DNA from: a virus
Lineage: Duplodnaviria; Caudoviricetes
Virus record (IMG/VR): IMGVR_UViG_3300007775_000010
Location: 1 to 60,816 of that record
Length of the DNA: 60,816 nucleotides
Direction: 5' to 3' (one strand)
Position 1 is the stretch's first letter; each line of letters begins with the position of its first letter. The notes beneath the pieces were generated by a model that worked only from the letters and a program-made list of their open reading frames with translations, made no database searches and was not told the origin of the DNA. The position numbers and the translations under genes were made by a program. Below, piece by piece: positions 36,756 to 45,844 of this stretch.

Positions 36756-38432
36756 CTAGGCGGACAGTTGCGTGTTGCTCGTGAACACCACGCCGCTCTC
36801 TCGGAGCGCGCGCAGCTCTCGGAAAGCGTCGTCGCGACCGAGCCCCTGGTTTTGGCTGCAGAGGTAGGACACGGCCCGCTCGGTGTCGTTGCGGCCCGCG
36901 TGCTTGCTGACGTCGACCACCTTGCCGCCGCCGGTGGCTCGGTTCGCGTCGTTGCCGAGCGCGAGCGTTCGCGTCTCGGAAGCCGCCGGTGGCGTGAACT
37001 GCGCGCCATCGGGGCCGGCAACGAGCTGCGTGAGCAGGTGAGCGTGCTTCGCCTCGGGCACGCCGTAGTGCGTGAGGAACGCCTTGCGACCGGTTTCCCT
37101 GGCATTCGCGAGCAGCTTGCCCCGGTCGGCCACACCCTCGGGCACCTTCGCGGACTCCTCCCGGATGAGCACAGCGCGATGCGAGGACAACGCGACGGAA
37201 GCCGACTTGTCGAAGCCCTTGGAGGTCAGCGCGGCGTTGACGTCCATCTCGGCCTGCGCCTCGTCGACCTTGGTCTGTTGCGCCAGGGCGGCGTCGAGCT
37301 CCGCCTTGACCGAGTCAAGCTTGCTCGCCGCGTCTCGCAGTTGGGCCACGTTCTCGAGGGCGGCCGGGGCGTCCTTCACACCCAGAGCACCGAGGATGCT
37401 CTGCAGGTCACCGCCGGCGGATGCCAACTCCTGCACAGCGCTCTCGACGTCCGCATCCTCCTGCAGCATCCGGACTGAAAGCGTCACGCGGCTTTTGGTG
37501 AGGATTGCGGCCAGTTTCTTTCCGAGGTCACTGAGTCCCATGGCTTCTCCGGGTGGTGCTTTCGACTGCGTCGACTGATCGCCCTCTGCCAGCCCCCCGG
37601 CAGCCTTGCGAATTTCCGCGCCTAGCTCTTCGAGGGTCGAAGTGACGGGCAGACCGAAGGTCGTACGCAGGGCGGCGATGAGGTCGTCGACCTCGAGACC
37701 CTGCGGGGGGATGCCAGCTCCGCTCGCCCAGCCGAGCACCTTCTCGACCTCGGCCATTGTGGCGGCCGTGTCGGCGGTCGCCGGCAAGCCGAGCAGCTCG
37801 CGCGTCTGCTCCAGCGCCTTCTCGGTGGATCCGGCGGGGTAGCCATAGAACTGGGAGAGCCCCCTGAGCCCCATCCGGGCAGCGGCGATCGGAATGGGCG
37901 TCAGCTCAGTGAGGAACGGCTGATTGGTGAACGCGATGCTGGTGATCTTCGGGCCAATATCGTTGCCGGAGACCCCATCGATGGCCTTTGGGTTGAAGGC
38001 GATCGAGACGTACTGATACTCCTCGTCGGCGATCTGCTGACGGACCTTCTTTCCGAGCTTCGTAAGCGCCCAGAGCTGCGCTTTGCCGTCGCTACTCTGG
38101 CGCACCTCGAGGTCGCGAGCCCACGCTGGGGCAGGCGTTCCGCTCTCGGGAATCGCCCCGAGGAACGCAGCCATTTCGCTGGCGTGCTCGTAGTCATACG
38201 GCACGACGGGAGATGAGCCGTGGCCGTCGTCGCCGAGCTTGAAGCGCGCATCCGCCTTGAAGTTGCGGACCATGGTGGCGAACACATCCGCGTTGAGCGC
38301 GAAGGGACCGGACTTGTGGCCTCGATACTCGCCCTCGGTGGCCACGTGGATCCACTTGACCTCGGGCACCTCGGCGCCGACCGAGGCCTCCTCGAGGCGG
38401 ATCGACGCGGCAAGCAGGAACGGGCGAAGCAT
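36756..38432 (-). CDS. Mu-like prohead protease/scaffold (gpI); probable nested scaffold start at 37541
   Basis: DYEHASE, APAW, IADEEYQYVSIAF, AFTNQPFL; internal GGAGAAGCC-ATG. Confidence 0.88.
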   Translation of the reverse strand: MLRPFLLAASIRLEEASVGAEVPEVKWIHVATEGEYRGHKSGPFALNADVFATMVRNFKADARFKLGDDGHGSSPVVPYDYEHASEMAAFLGAIPESGTPAPAWARDLEVRQSSDGKAQLWALTKLGKKVRQQIADEEYQYVSIAFNPKAIDGVSGNDIGPKITSIAFTNQPFLTELTPIPIAAARMGLRGLSQFYGYPAGSTEKALEQTRELLGLPATADTAATMAEVEKVLGWASGAGIPPQGLEVDDLIAALRTTFGLPVTSTLEELGAEIRKAAGGLAEGDQSTQSKAPPGEAMGLSDLGKKLAAILTKSRVTLSVRMLQEDADVESAVQELASAGGDLQSILGALGVKDAPAALENVAQLRDAASKLDSVKAELDAALAQQTKVDEAQAEMDVNAALTSKGFDKSASVALSSHRAVLIREESAKVPEGVADRGKLLANARETGRKAFLTHYGVPEAKHAHLLTQLVAGPDGAQFTPPAASETRTLALGNDANRATGGGKVVDVSKHAGRNDTERAVSYLCSQNQGLGRDDAFRELRALRESGVVFTSNTQLSA

Positions 38433-38435
38433 GGC

Positions 38436-38660
38436 CTAGACCCTCGGCGGCCAGTTCCAATGGCCGGGCTTCGGTTCGGGCGAGTAGGGGACCAGGCGAT
38501 TGAAAAACTGCCCGGTGGGGTTGAGCACGCAGAGCCCGACCCTGCCCTCGCTATCGCCCTCGACCTCGGTAATGATCGCGGCGCGCGGTTCTGGCAGATA
38601 CTCGCCGCCGGGCGTTCCGTAGCTCTGGTAGTGGACGATGCGTCCGATGCTCGGAGTCAT
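38436..38660 (-). CDS. small conserved phage protein (PSIGRIVHY...AAIITEV family)
   Basis: Recognisable motif; TGATG coupling. Confidence 0.75.
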   Translation of the reverse strand: MTPSIGRIVHYQSYGTPGGEYLPEPRAAIITEVEGDSEGRVGLCVLNPTGQFFNRLVPYSPEPKPGHWNWPPRV

Positions 38661-39004
38661 CAGCCCACCGTCCCGGCGCGCTTGAGCAACCAGTCCGTGC
38701 CGTCGAACTGAACCTCGGCGAAGCCGACGAGGGAGGCGGGGAGCACGACGATCGTCCCGCTACCAGTCCCCCCGTTGGTGAGGGTCAGGGTGAACGCCTC
38801 GGCGTCCACGCGAGTGATCGTGATGGTGTCGCCGGCCTTGGCGCCAGTCGGCTGCACGACCGGCGCGCGGTTCGCGGTCAAGGTCGCGGCAGGGAGGCGC
38901 CGCCAGCGGCCCTGGCTCACGAGGATATCGTTCGCGTTGTCGCCCAGGTCGGCACCTGGGTCCTTGATTTCCGCCTGCAGGCGGGCGAGTAGCTGAGCGC
39001 TCAT
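38660..39004 (-). CDS. small beta-rich virion-associated protein
   Basis: TLTANR...GDTITITR...FDGTDW; begins at a leaderless promoter. Confidence 0.65.
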   Translation of the reverse strand: MSAQLLARLQAEIKDPGADLGDNANDILVSQGRWRRLPAATLTANRAPVVQPTGAKAGDTITITRVDAEAFTLTLTNGGTGSGTIVVLPASLVGFAEVQFDGTDWLLKRAGTVG

Positions 39005-39012
39005 GGCCGGCG

Positions 39013-39042
39013 ACGCTACGGACGCCGCCGGTGCCTCGCGAA
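39013..39042 (-). promoter_or_regulatory. putative leaderless late promoter of the head operon
   Basis: TTCGC-N19-TAGCGT-cgccggcc-ATG. Confidence 0.65.
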
Positions 39043-39044
39043 TA

Positions 39045-39293
39045 TCAGGACTGTTCGACGACGATCGTGGAGCTACGCGAGAAGTAGGCCGGGAGGGCCT
39101 CGAAGAAGCGCTTGCCGTCGTCTGGACCGACCAACCCACGCCTATCACGCACGACGCGCTGCTCGAGCATTCTGCGCAGCTGACCGGAGCCCCGCTCCCA
39201 CTTGATGGAGACCCTGTCTCCCTTCAGTTCGAGCGTTGCCTCGAGGCGGCGATCCGAGCCGTCCTGGTTCTGCGATGAGATGGTGAGTGTCAC
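39045..39293 (-). CDS. small protein; candidate immunity protein for the MuF-fused kinase
   Basis: 82 aa; GTGA-coupled to the MuF-kinase stop; last gene before the next promoter. Confidence 0.55.
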   Translation of the reverse strand: MTLTISSQNQDGSDRRLEATLELKGDRVSIKWERGSGQLRRMLEQRVVRDRRGLVGPDDGKRFFEALPAYFSRSSTIVVEQS

Positions 39294-41179
39294 TTGATCA
39301 GCTTGTCGATGGTTTGGAGCTCTGCCGAGTCTATCAGCTCACCCGGAGCGCTGAACGACAGCTCGATTGTATGAGCGATGTCAGGGTCTTCCACCTTCTC
39401 GAGGACATCCCGAGTGAGCCTACCCGTCTGCTGCAGGTGACGGGCCCGTACCAGGGCGGCCCGCCGAGCTGGCTTGGGTATGCCCCGGCGCTCCAGGATG
39501 CGATTCAGATCCTTGAGCTTCAGACCTCGCACGCGCTTGAGGATGTCGCTGTCTAGCCCGACCAGGTCGGCGCCGGGAACGCTCCGAAACCCCTCCGGGA
39601 ACTGGAGCGGGAAAGCGAGCCCGTTGTCGATGGCAATGCAGCGCCCATCCGGCCGGATCATGGCATTACCCAGGTGGCGATCGCAGTTGGCGGAAATGAA
39701 GTCGAGCGCCGTGGTGCGGTTGGCCGTCTTGGCCTCGGCGACGGTGCCAAGTGGTGATTTCAGGAACGTCTTCGCGTCGCTGGCGAACTCCTGAAAGCTG
39801 CCGACGCCCATGCCGGAGCCAGATAGGTCCGCGGCGATGGTCGTCGGCACAACCGTCGCTCCCCCCAGCGCGCGATCCAGGTCATAGGCCGCTGCCTCGC
39901 GCTTGTAGAACCCTCCCTCCTCCCACGTGTCACCCAAGCCCGTCTCGCCGGAGGCGGGCTTGTAAACTGCCCTGATCGTCTTTCCGTCGGCTGTCTCCAG
40001 CTCGACCAGCTGGGTCTGATTGATGCCGCCTCGGAGCCGCTGCTGCGCCCCTCGCACTTTCGCCGACTCCATCTGCTGCGCCAGGCCTGGGGCGGGACGC
40101 TTGGGAGCTGGGCGGTTGCGCGGTCTTCTCGGCGGTGGGATGCGTGCGGGAGGGCTTGGCTGTTGAGCGACTGAACTGGCTGGACGACTCGGTACGCTGA
40201 ACGACCTACGGCCACCGCCGCTCCACCCCGGATCGGGCAGGGGTGTCGGCATGTCCTCACCGCGTACGATCGTGAGCCCCTTTCGCATGCGCAGCGACCG
40301 CACGCGGCATCTGCAATTAAATCCACTGGGCGGATAGGCTCGCCGCCACCAAGGGTCGTCTGCTCGCAGTACCTTGCGATGGGCGCCCTTGTGCGTGACG
40401 CGGCTCCGACTGTCGGCGACCGAGATCCACTGCCACAGCGGCCGCAGCGCGAGCACCTGGGGCTGGGTTTGCTGCTGGTAGCGCCCGCCGTTGTAGGCCG
40501 ACATGGCGCCAGTCCTGAACACGGTCTCGACGTGACTCGGGTTGCGCGGAGTCCACCCGGCGGACTCGAGGCGCTCGTTGACCGCCTTGCGGAAGTCCCG
40601 CAGCTCCGCCCCCTTCGCGACCTGGCGCACGAGCTCCCGCTTGACGGTGTCGACCACGCGCTTGCTCGCGGCGCCGGCGACCGTGAAGGCCTGCGTCCGG
40701 GCCTCGTCGGTCATCGCGTCGAACACGTCGCGCGTGACGGGTGAGCGCCGCTCGAAGCTCGCGATAGCGTCGTCGATCCCCCGGTGAGTGAACCTCGGCT
40801 GCGTATCGAGCAGGATCGGGTGATAGCGTGCTGACACGTACGCACCGAACCGGGCCGGAGCGACGAGGTCGTCCTCCTCGGCCTCGTAGTCCGCATCGAG
40901 GGCACCGAGCATGCCCCCGTGCAGGCTCGCGTCGCCGAAGGCCTGGGCGAACGCGTCGCGGTCGAACCGCTTCGCCGCGCGGTCTATCGCGCGCTTGATG
41001 GCCGCCGGATCGTCGAGGTCCTCGATTGCCTCGAGCAGCTCATCGACCCACGAGCGAACAGCCCGGGTTGCCTTGCGCACCCCGCGCTCGACGATGGCGT
41101 CAGGGGAGCCGAACACCGTGTCGGGCTGGGCTGCGAGCAGGATCCGCCCGCCGCAGTCAGAGCACGACGCGGCCGGCAT
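39290..41179 (-). CDS. MuF (gp30-like) minor head protein fused to a C-terminal PI3/PI4-kinase/HipA-like domain
   Basis: MuF: QAFTVAG, VFRT..AYN.GR, DSRSR..H, WW...PP.GFNCRCRV, PDPGW. Kinase: GGINQT, AVYKP, REAAAY, VPTT, GSFQEF, NCDRHLGN, IAIDNGLAFP. Confidence 0.88.
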   Translation of the reverse strand: MPAASCSDCGGRILLAAQPDTVFGSPDAIVERGVRKATRAVRSWVDELLEAIEDLDDPAAIKRAIDRAAKRFDRDAFAQAFGDASLHGGMLGALDADYEAEEDDLVAPARFGAYVSARYHPILLDTQPRFTHRGIDDAIASFERRSPVTRDVFDAMTDEARTQAFTVAGAASKRVVDTVKRELVRQVAKGAELRDFRKAVNERLESAGWTPRNPSHVETVFRTGAMSAYNGGRYQQQTQPQVLALRPLWQWISVADSRSRVTHKGAHRKVLRADDPWWRRAYPPSGFNCRCRVRSLRMRKGLTIVRGEDMPTPLPDPGWSGGGRRSFSVPSRPASSVAQQPSPPARIPPPRRPRNRPAPKRPAPGLAQQMESAKVRGAQQRLRGGINQTQLVELETADGKTIRAVYKPASGETGLGDTWEEGGFYKREAAAYDLDRALGGATVVPTTIAADLSGSGMGVGSFQEFASDAKTFLKSPLGTVAEAKTANRTTALDFISANCDRHLGNAMIRPDGRCIAIDNGLAFPLQFPEGFRSVPGADLVGLDSDILKRVRGLKLKDLNRILERRGIPKPARRAALVRARHLQQTGRLTRDVLEKVEDPDIAHTIELSFSAPGELIDSAELQTIDKLIK

Positions 41180-43106
41180 CGTCCATCGCCCGCCACGGGG
41201 CGCCCGCCTTGGCCCTCACGACGCCGCAGTCGCGGCACTTGCGCTTGCGCCCATGCCCGCAGCTGTCTGCCTTCGAGCTGTTGAGCGCGCTGGCGACCTC
41301 CGCTCGCTCCTCGATGTCGGGCGGGGGCTCCGCCGGCATCTGCCGCGAGTCGCCGATCGCCTTCCAGGCCACCGCCCACTTCGGCTCGCCGGTGGCCTCG
41401 TCGAGCTCCACGTCGCGCGATCGCTCCACTCCGCACATGGGGCAGCGGTTGGGCCGGCCGTGCTCGCACCGCTCGATCCCGAGCTCGGTCATCTTGCGGG
41501 CGAGGTCCCGCGCCTCCTCGGGCGTGTTCGGCTCGGGATCGCCCGTGGGGGGCATCTGCGAGGGGGGCTCCTCGATGCCCGGGAGGGACTGCTGTGCGGG
41601 TCCTGGTGGCGCTGGCGTGCCTTCGGGCAGGTTCACCTCGGCGGTGGGCTCGGGGCGGAGCTCTCCCGGCTGCGGAGCCTTGCCGGGCGGGTAGACGACC
41701 GCGATTCTCGGAGCCGGAGCCGGTTGTCCCATGGGCGCCTCGGGGTGCACTTGCACGAGGATCGCCTCTCCCTCGTTCGGCGGGCGGAAGCCCGAGCGCT
41801 CTCGGGCGTCATCGACGCCGACCGCGAGCCCGATACTCGCCGCCTTCTCGATCGTGTCGAGTTCTTCCTTTGGATCCTTGCGCTGCTCAGGCTCGATGAA
41901 AAACCGGGGGGCGTTGATGAGCTCGTGCGGGCCGCGGTTCACGGCGATGATCGCGTCGACGAGGTAGTCCTCGATGCTCTCCGCGCAGTCGGCGCCGTCG
42001 CCCTCGATTATGAGGTCCTCCTCGGTCTTGTGCACCTCGGATTGGTTCGAGCCGAGGCCCGCCGGCTGGGCGTCGGTGGTGCTGGTGGAGCCGAGTACGA
42101 GCTTGGAGATCGTGAGCTCCGCGTGCTCGATGGTGTCCTTGTGCACCTCGCCCTTTGCGTCAGGCGAGACCACCGTGGCTCTGAGCCCGCGAGCGAGTCG
42201 CGCCGTGTTCGTCGCTCCGAGCGCCTGCAGCGCGTCGAACGACTCCTCGAGGTCCTCGTCGTTTGGGTTCTCCTGGTCCTGCTCGAGGATGCGCCAGGGC
42301 TTGCCGAACAGCTCCATCAGGATCAGCCGCTCGCGAACGCCGAACCGGCTGAAGAAAGTCCAGTACAGGATCCGCGGGCAGAGCCCCTCGCGCTCAGGGT
42401 AGTCGCTGAAGAGACGCGGCTTCCGCACAACGAACTTGAAGGGGACTCCGCGCTCGATGGGATAGCCGGCGGTGTCCGAGAAGTCTCCACCCCACTGGTC
42501 CGCATCAACGATGCGCAAGTCGCGCTGTTGCCCGAACGAGAGCCGCCGAGGATGCATCCAGTGGAGGTCCACCGCCCGGTAGGGCCACGGGCCGCCGACG
42601 AACTGCCACTCGACCTCGAGCGCCGAGCGGCCGTCGAAGCTGGCCCATGCCAGATCTCGGAGCCGCGAGCGAAAGCGCTTGAGCCCCCGCATCTGGCTCT
42701 CGACCTCGCGTTGGTAGTCGCGGGCCTTGTCTCGATCGACGCCGGCGCCGCTGGCCGGTTCGGTGCGCCAGGGGAGGGAGGTCACCCGGTTGAGGCGCTT
42801 CTGCAGCACCGAGTTCGCGTGGCCGCTGAGGCTGATCGACTCGCGCCCGAGGTCCGCCATGGGGCGCATGAACCCGTTGTTCGCCGACCGGATCGTGTAG
42901 TCGATGCGGCTGAGGTCGAGGCTCCGGCCGTAGTGGGTCCGGTAGTTCTCGATGCGCTTCAGGTGCGAGTGCTGCACCGTCACGAGCGCCTGCCGGTCGA
43001 GCGCCTGCGGGTGCTTCGGGGGGAGTGCGGTCAGGGTGCGGGCCTGCGTGTCGCGGCGCTGGATCGTCTCGAGCTGCGTTCGTCGCCGCGGGATGTATCG
43101 GTGCAC
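41157..43106 (-). CDS. portal protein (Mu gp29/DUF935-like) with a Pro-rich, zinc-finger C-terminal extension
   Basis: LQKR..., GRSALEVEW, ELFGKPWR, ISKLVLGST, EVH. Confidence 0.88.
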   Translation of the reverse strand: MHRYIPRRRTQLETIQRRDTQARTLTALPPKHPQALDRQALVTVQHSHLKRIENYRTHYGRSLDLSRIDYTIRSANNGFMRPMADLGRESISLSGHANSVLQKRLNRVTSLPWRTEPASGAGVDRDKARDYQREVESQMRGLKRFRSRLRDLAWASFDGRSALEVEWQFVGGPWPYRAVDLHWMHPRRLSFGQQRDLRIVDADQWGGDFSDTAGYPIERGVPFKFVVRKPRLFSDYPEREGLCPRILYWTFFSRFGVRERLILMELFGKPWRILEQDQENPNDEDLEESFDALQALGATNTARLARGLRATVVSPDAKGEVHKDTIEHAELTISKLVLGSTSTTDAQPAGLGSNQSEVHKTEEDLIIEGDGADCAESIEDYLVDAIIAVNRGPHELINAPRFFIEPEQRKDPKEELDTIEKAASIGLAVGVDDARERSGFRPPNEGEAILVQVHPEAPMGQPAPAPRIAVVYPPGKAPQPGELRPEPTAEVNLPEGTPAPPGPAQQSLPGIEEPPSQMPPTGDPEPNTPEEARDLARKMTELGIERCEHGRPNRCPMCGVERSRDVELDEATGEPKWAVAWKAIGDSRQMPAEPPPDIEERAEVASALNSSKADSCGHGRKRKCRDCGVVRAKAGAPWRAMDDAGRVVL

Positions 43107-43112
43107 CCGGCG

Positions 43113-43142
43113 ACGCTATGGCGCACGCTACTGTGCGCCGAA
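43113..43142 (-). promoter_or_regulatory. putative leaderless late promoter of the portal operon
   Basis: TTCGG-N19-TAGCGT-cgccgg-GTG. Confidence 0.6.
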
Positions 43143-43373
43143 GAACTGGCGCACGCGGCGCACGAGCGCTTCACCGGCGCGTCGGCCTCGGGCTCCGGGG
43201 GCGGTTTCGACCAGGAGCTCGCGGCTCAGGCGCGTCGCCTCGTGCCTGTGGGATACGGCGGACCGCTCGAGCTGATCGGCAATGGCGCGCAGCTGCTTCG
43301 CTGTGTGCTCAAGGGCCTCCGCTCGGCCTTGGGCGCGGCCTACCTCGATGAGGGCGGGAGTCTTGGAGGTCAT
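43128..43373 (-). CDS. hypothetical protein (81 aa)
   Basis: ATGA coupling, GAGG RBS. Confidence 0.6.
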   Translation of the reverse strand: MTSKTPALIEVGRAQGRAEALEHTAKQLRAIADQLERSAVSHRHEATRLSRELLVETAPGARGRRAGEALVRRVRQFFGAQ

Positions 43374-44260
43374 CGCCTCAGCTCCTTCGCCTTCCGGATG
43401 AGGATCGAGCGTATCTGCTGGGCGCGCCGGCGGCCACCGCTGAGGGAGGGCTCGACGGGTTCAGACTCGACGGCGAGGTGGTCCAGCACGAGCGGCACGG
43501 CGCCGTCCGGTGTGTTCAGCACGGCCACGATTAGACCCCGGGCGCCCTGGCCCGGCAGGTCCGCCCAAACGGTGCCCTCGGTGAACTCCACCGGCTCGAG
43601 TCCCGTGAGCGAGCGCAGCTCGTCGCGGTCCGGAGTGAGGCGCTGGCCCTGGAAGGGATCGGGGTGCGGTCCGGCTGACGAGTGCACAGCGTTGACCCCC
43701 GTCCCCTGTGCAGCAGTGATGCGCCACTCGCTGATATGCCGGGACAGGTCCCTGACCACTTCGGAAAGAGTCGTGACCCCCGCGTCGAGCTTCAGGGCGA
43801 GATCACGGCTGCCCGTGATCTCAGCGGAGACGTAGCCTATGTGGCGCGAGCGCCCACGGTGCCACCGCACCACGTAGGCCAGTCTATCGAACATACGCTC
43901 AAGCTCCTGGCTCGGAGGCAGGCGCACGGCAGGGCGTGCGGGCGGCCATGTTTCAAGTCTCAGGTCCTCGGGGGGAGTGGCGACGGGCTCCTCTCTCGCT
44001 CGCACCCGCACGCGCTGCCGGGTCTCATCGATCAGCCTCTGCCGGGTCTCATCGATCAGCCTCACGATGTCCGACTCCGTCGAGTCTCTGGACACCAGTA
44101 ACTGCAGCGGAGGCAGGTTTGGGTTGTCTGGCTCGAGCTGTAGCCGCGTCCACTGGCCGCACTGGACGACCGCGCGCAACGTCGGACCTCGGTTCAGCTT
44201 CCACATGAGCTCGACCACTTCCTCACGCTTGCATTCTCCAAAACTCGGAAATCTCGACAT
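43370..44260 (-). CDS. hypothetical protein (296 aa) between terminase and portal
   Basis: AGGAGG RBS; contains a 24-bp tandem duplication at 44015-44062. Confidence 0.7.
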   Translation of the reverse strand: MSRFPSFGECKREEVVELMWKLNRGPTLRAVVQCGQWTRLQLEPDNPNLPPLQLLVSRDSTESDIVRLIDETRQRLIDETRQRVRVRAREEPVATPPEDLRLETWPPARPAVRLPPSQELERMFDRLAYVVRWHRGRSRHIGYVSAEITGSRDLALKLDAGVTTLSEVVRDLSRHISEWRITAAQGTGVNAVHSSAGPHPDPFQGQRLTPDRDELRSLTGLEPVEFTEGTVWADLPGQGARGLIVAVLNTPDGAVPLVLDHLAVESEPVEPSLSGGRRRAQQIRSILIRKAKELRR

Positions 44261-44269
44261 TCATTCCTC

Positions 44270-45844
44270 CTAAAACGGCGACTCCGCCAGATGCGAAGTC
44301 TTGCGGCCGCTGCGGGCCGGAGCTCCTCGAAGCCCTCCGAGGCCTCGCTTGAGTGCGCCCGCTAGGGCGGGGGCGAAGTCGCAGTGTCTCCCGTCCGTAG
44401 TCTTGGGCAGCACGATCGCGTAACCGCCCTGGGTGACGCGCTTCTTCACCGCGCGCAGGTCGCGTATGAGCACCTTGTGGGCCGGCAGCTCGATGCGCTC
44501 GGTGTGAACGAACGTCGCCAGGTTGGTGTAGCTCTCGACCTTCTTGGCCTGGGTCGATTGATCCACTTCGAGGGCGAGCCCGTGCCGGCGCGCGAGGTCG
44601 CGGTTGCTGGCCGAGGCGTACTGGTCGGTCGCCGCGCTGGTGAGCTGGTAGCTCTTGCAGACCGCCGCGATCTCTTGGAGGCACTTGTCGGGCCGCGTGC
44701 CTCTCCACTCGTTGGCGTAGGCCACGATCGCTCGCGGTAGCAGCTTGCCGCCCCGCTGCTCGGCGACGATCCGCAAGACGACCAGCGTCCAGGGGTTGCC
44801 GCGCGACTCACCGTCGCTCGGGTCGATGGCCGCGGCGTACCGCCCGCCGAACTCGAACGGGAGCTCCACGGGGCCCTTTCGCGTGCAGGCCTTGAGCGAC
44901 ACGGGGTTGAGCAAGCCCGCCTCAGGATCCGCGAACTCGCCCATCACGTCGGTTTGGTAGGCGAGGGGGTCGACCTCGGCGAGCTCGTCGCACCGCTCGG
45001 GCGTCCACCACTTCGGGTTGAGCATCGGCCCGGTGCCGCGCATCACGACCATGCCCTCGGTGGGGTGCCCGAACCCTTCCTCGACCATGTCGAACACCGG
45101 CCCATACGGCGCCCATGGTGAGCCGATATAGAGCGCCTGGGCGCCGGGCAACAGACGCCCGATCACTGCCGTGCGTGCGTCCTCGAGATTCACCACGCTC
45201 GCCTCGCGGCCCGTCATGCGTGGCGCCTCATCGAAGACGGCGCCGGCGGACCAGCGGGCGACAAGGCCACCGCCGGCGCGAGCACCGGCCACCACCTTGA
45301 TCTCGACTGGGCGCCCGCTCGGGTGGCGCACGAGCACCGTGTCCGAGGCGTGGTCGAGCACGAGGGCGCGCAGGCGCCTCGACTCCATCATGGTGTCGCG
45401 AATGAGCTTGAGCGGGACGGCGGTCACGTCGAGCTTGAGCGAGACCAGCGACACGCGCGGGATCTCACCCGGACCGAGCGAGGCGAGGTCGACCGTCTGC
45501 GACATCCGGATCGCCGCGGCGCACGAAATGATCGTCTTGGCGCCTCGGATGGCGGCCAGGAAGCACACCTCTCGGGGTGGACGACCCGGCACGTTCTTGA
45601 CGGCATCTGGTCCACCGAGCAGCTCACGCACATCGGCGTGCTTCGCGAGCCCCTCGAGGGGGCGCCCGTCGAGCACCCGGCATGCTGCGAGTTGCGCCGG
45701 CGTTGCCTCGGCGATGTTGAAGGCCTCACTACTCGTGAGCAGCCACTCGGTCGTGAGGTTCTGCCGTAGCGACTTGAGGGAGCGACGCCGCTCGAGCTCG
45801 AGGCGAGCTCGCACGCGGGCTTCGAGCGCGTCGCGGGTGGTCAT
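44270..45844 (-). CDS. terL: terminase large subunit
   Basis: Deviant Walker A IRGAKT, Walker B AVFDEA, motif III IGSP, nuclease AAIDPS / DQY / HCDFA. Confidence 0.85.
   Translation of the reverse strand: MTTRDALEARVRARLELERRRSLKSLRQNLTTEWLLTSSEAFNIAEATPAQLAACRVLDGRPLEGLAKHADVRELLGGPDAVKNVPGRPPREVCFLAAIRGAKTIISCAAAIRMSQTVDLASLGPGEIPRVSLVSLKLDVTAVPLKLIRDTMMESRRLRALVLDHASDTVLVRHPSGRPVEIKVVAGARAGGGLVARWSAGAVFDEAPRMTGREASVVNLEDARTAVIGRLLPGAQALYIGSPWAPYGPVFDMVEEGFGHPTEGMVVMRGTGPMLNPKWWTPERCDELAEVDPLAYQTDVMGEFADPEAGLLNPVSLKACTRKGPVELPFEFGGRYAAAIDPSDGESRGNPWTLVVLRIVAEQRGGKLLPRAIVAYANEWRGTRPDKCLQEIAAVCKSYQLTSAATDQYASASNRDLARRHGLALEVDQSTQAKKVESYTNLATFVHTERIELPAHKVLIRDLRAVKKRVTQGGYAIVLPKTTDGRHCDFAPALAGALKRGLGGLRGAPARSGRKTSHLAESPF

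Noticed and set aside
26738-43106. Transposable Mu-like phage
   Set aside because: Only the morphogenesis genes are Mu-like; no MuA DDE transposase, MuB, Mor/C or host-DNA ends were recognised
40911-43835. 974-aa plus-strand ORF
   Set aside because: Antisense shadow of the portal gene, expected in high-GC DNA; no motifs, and the minus strand carries clear phage genes
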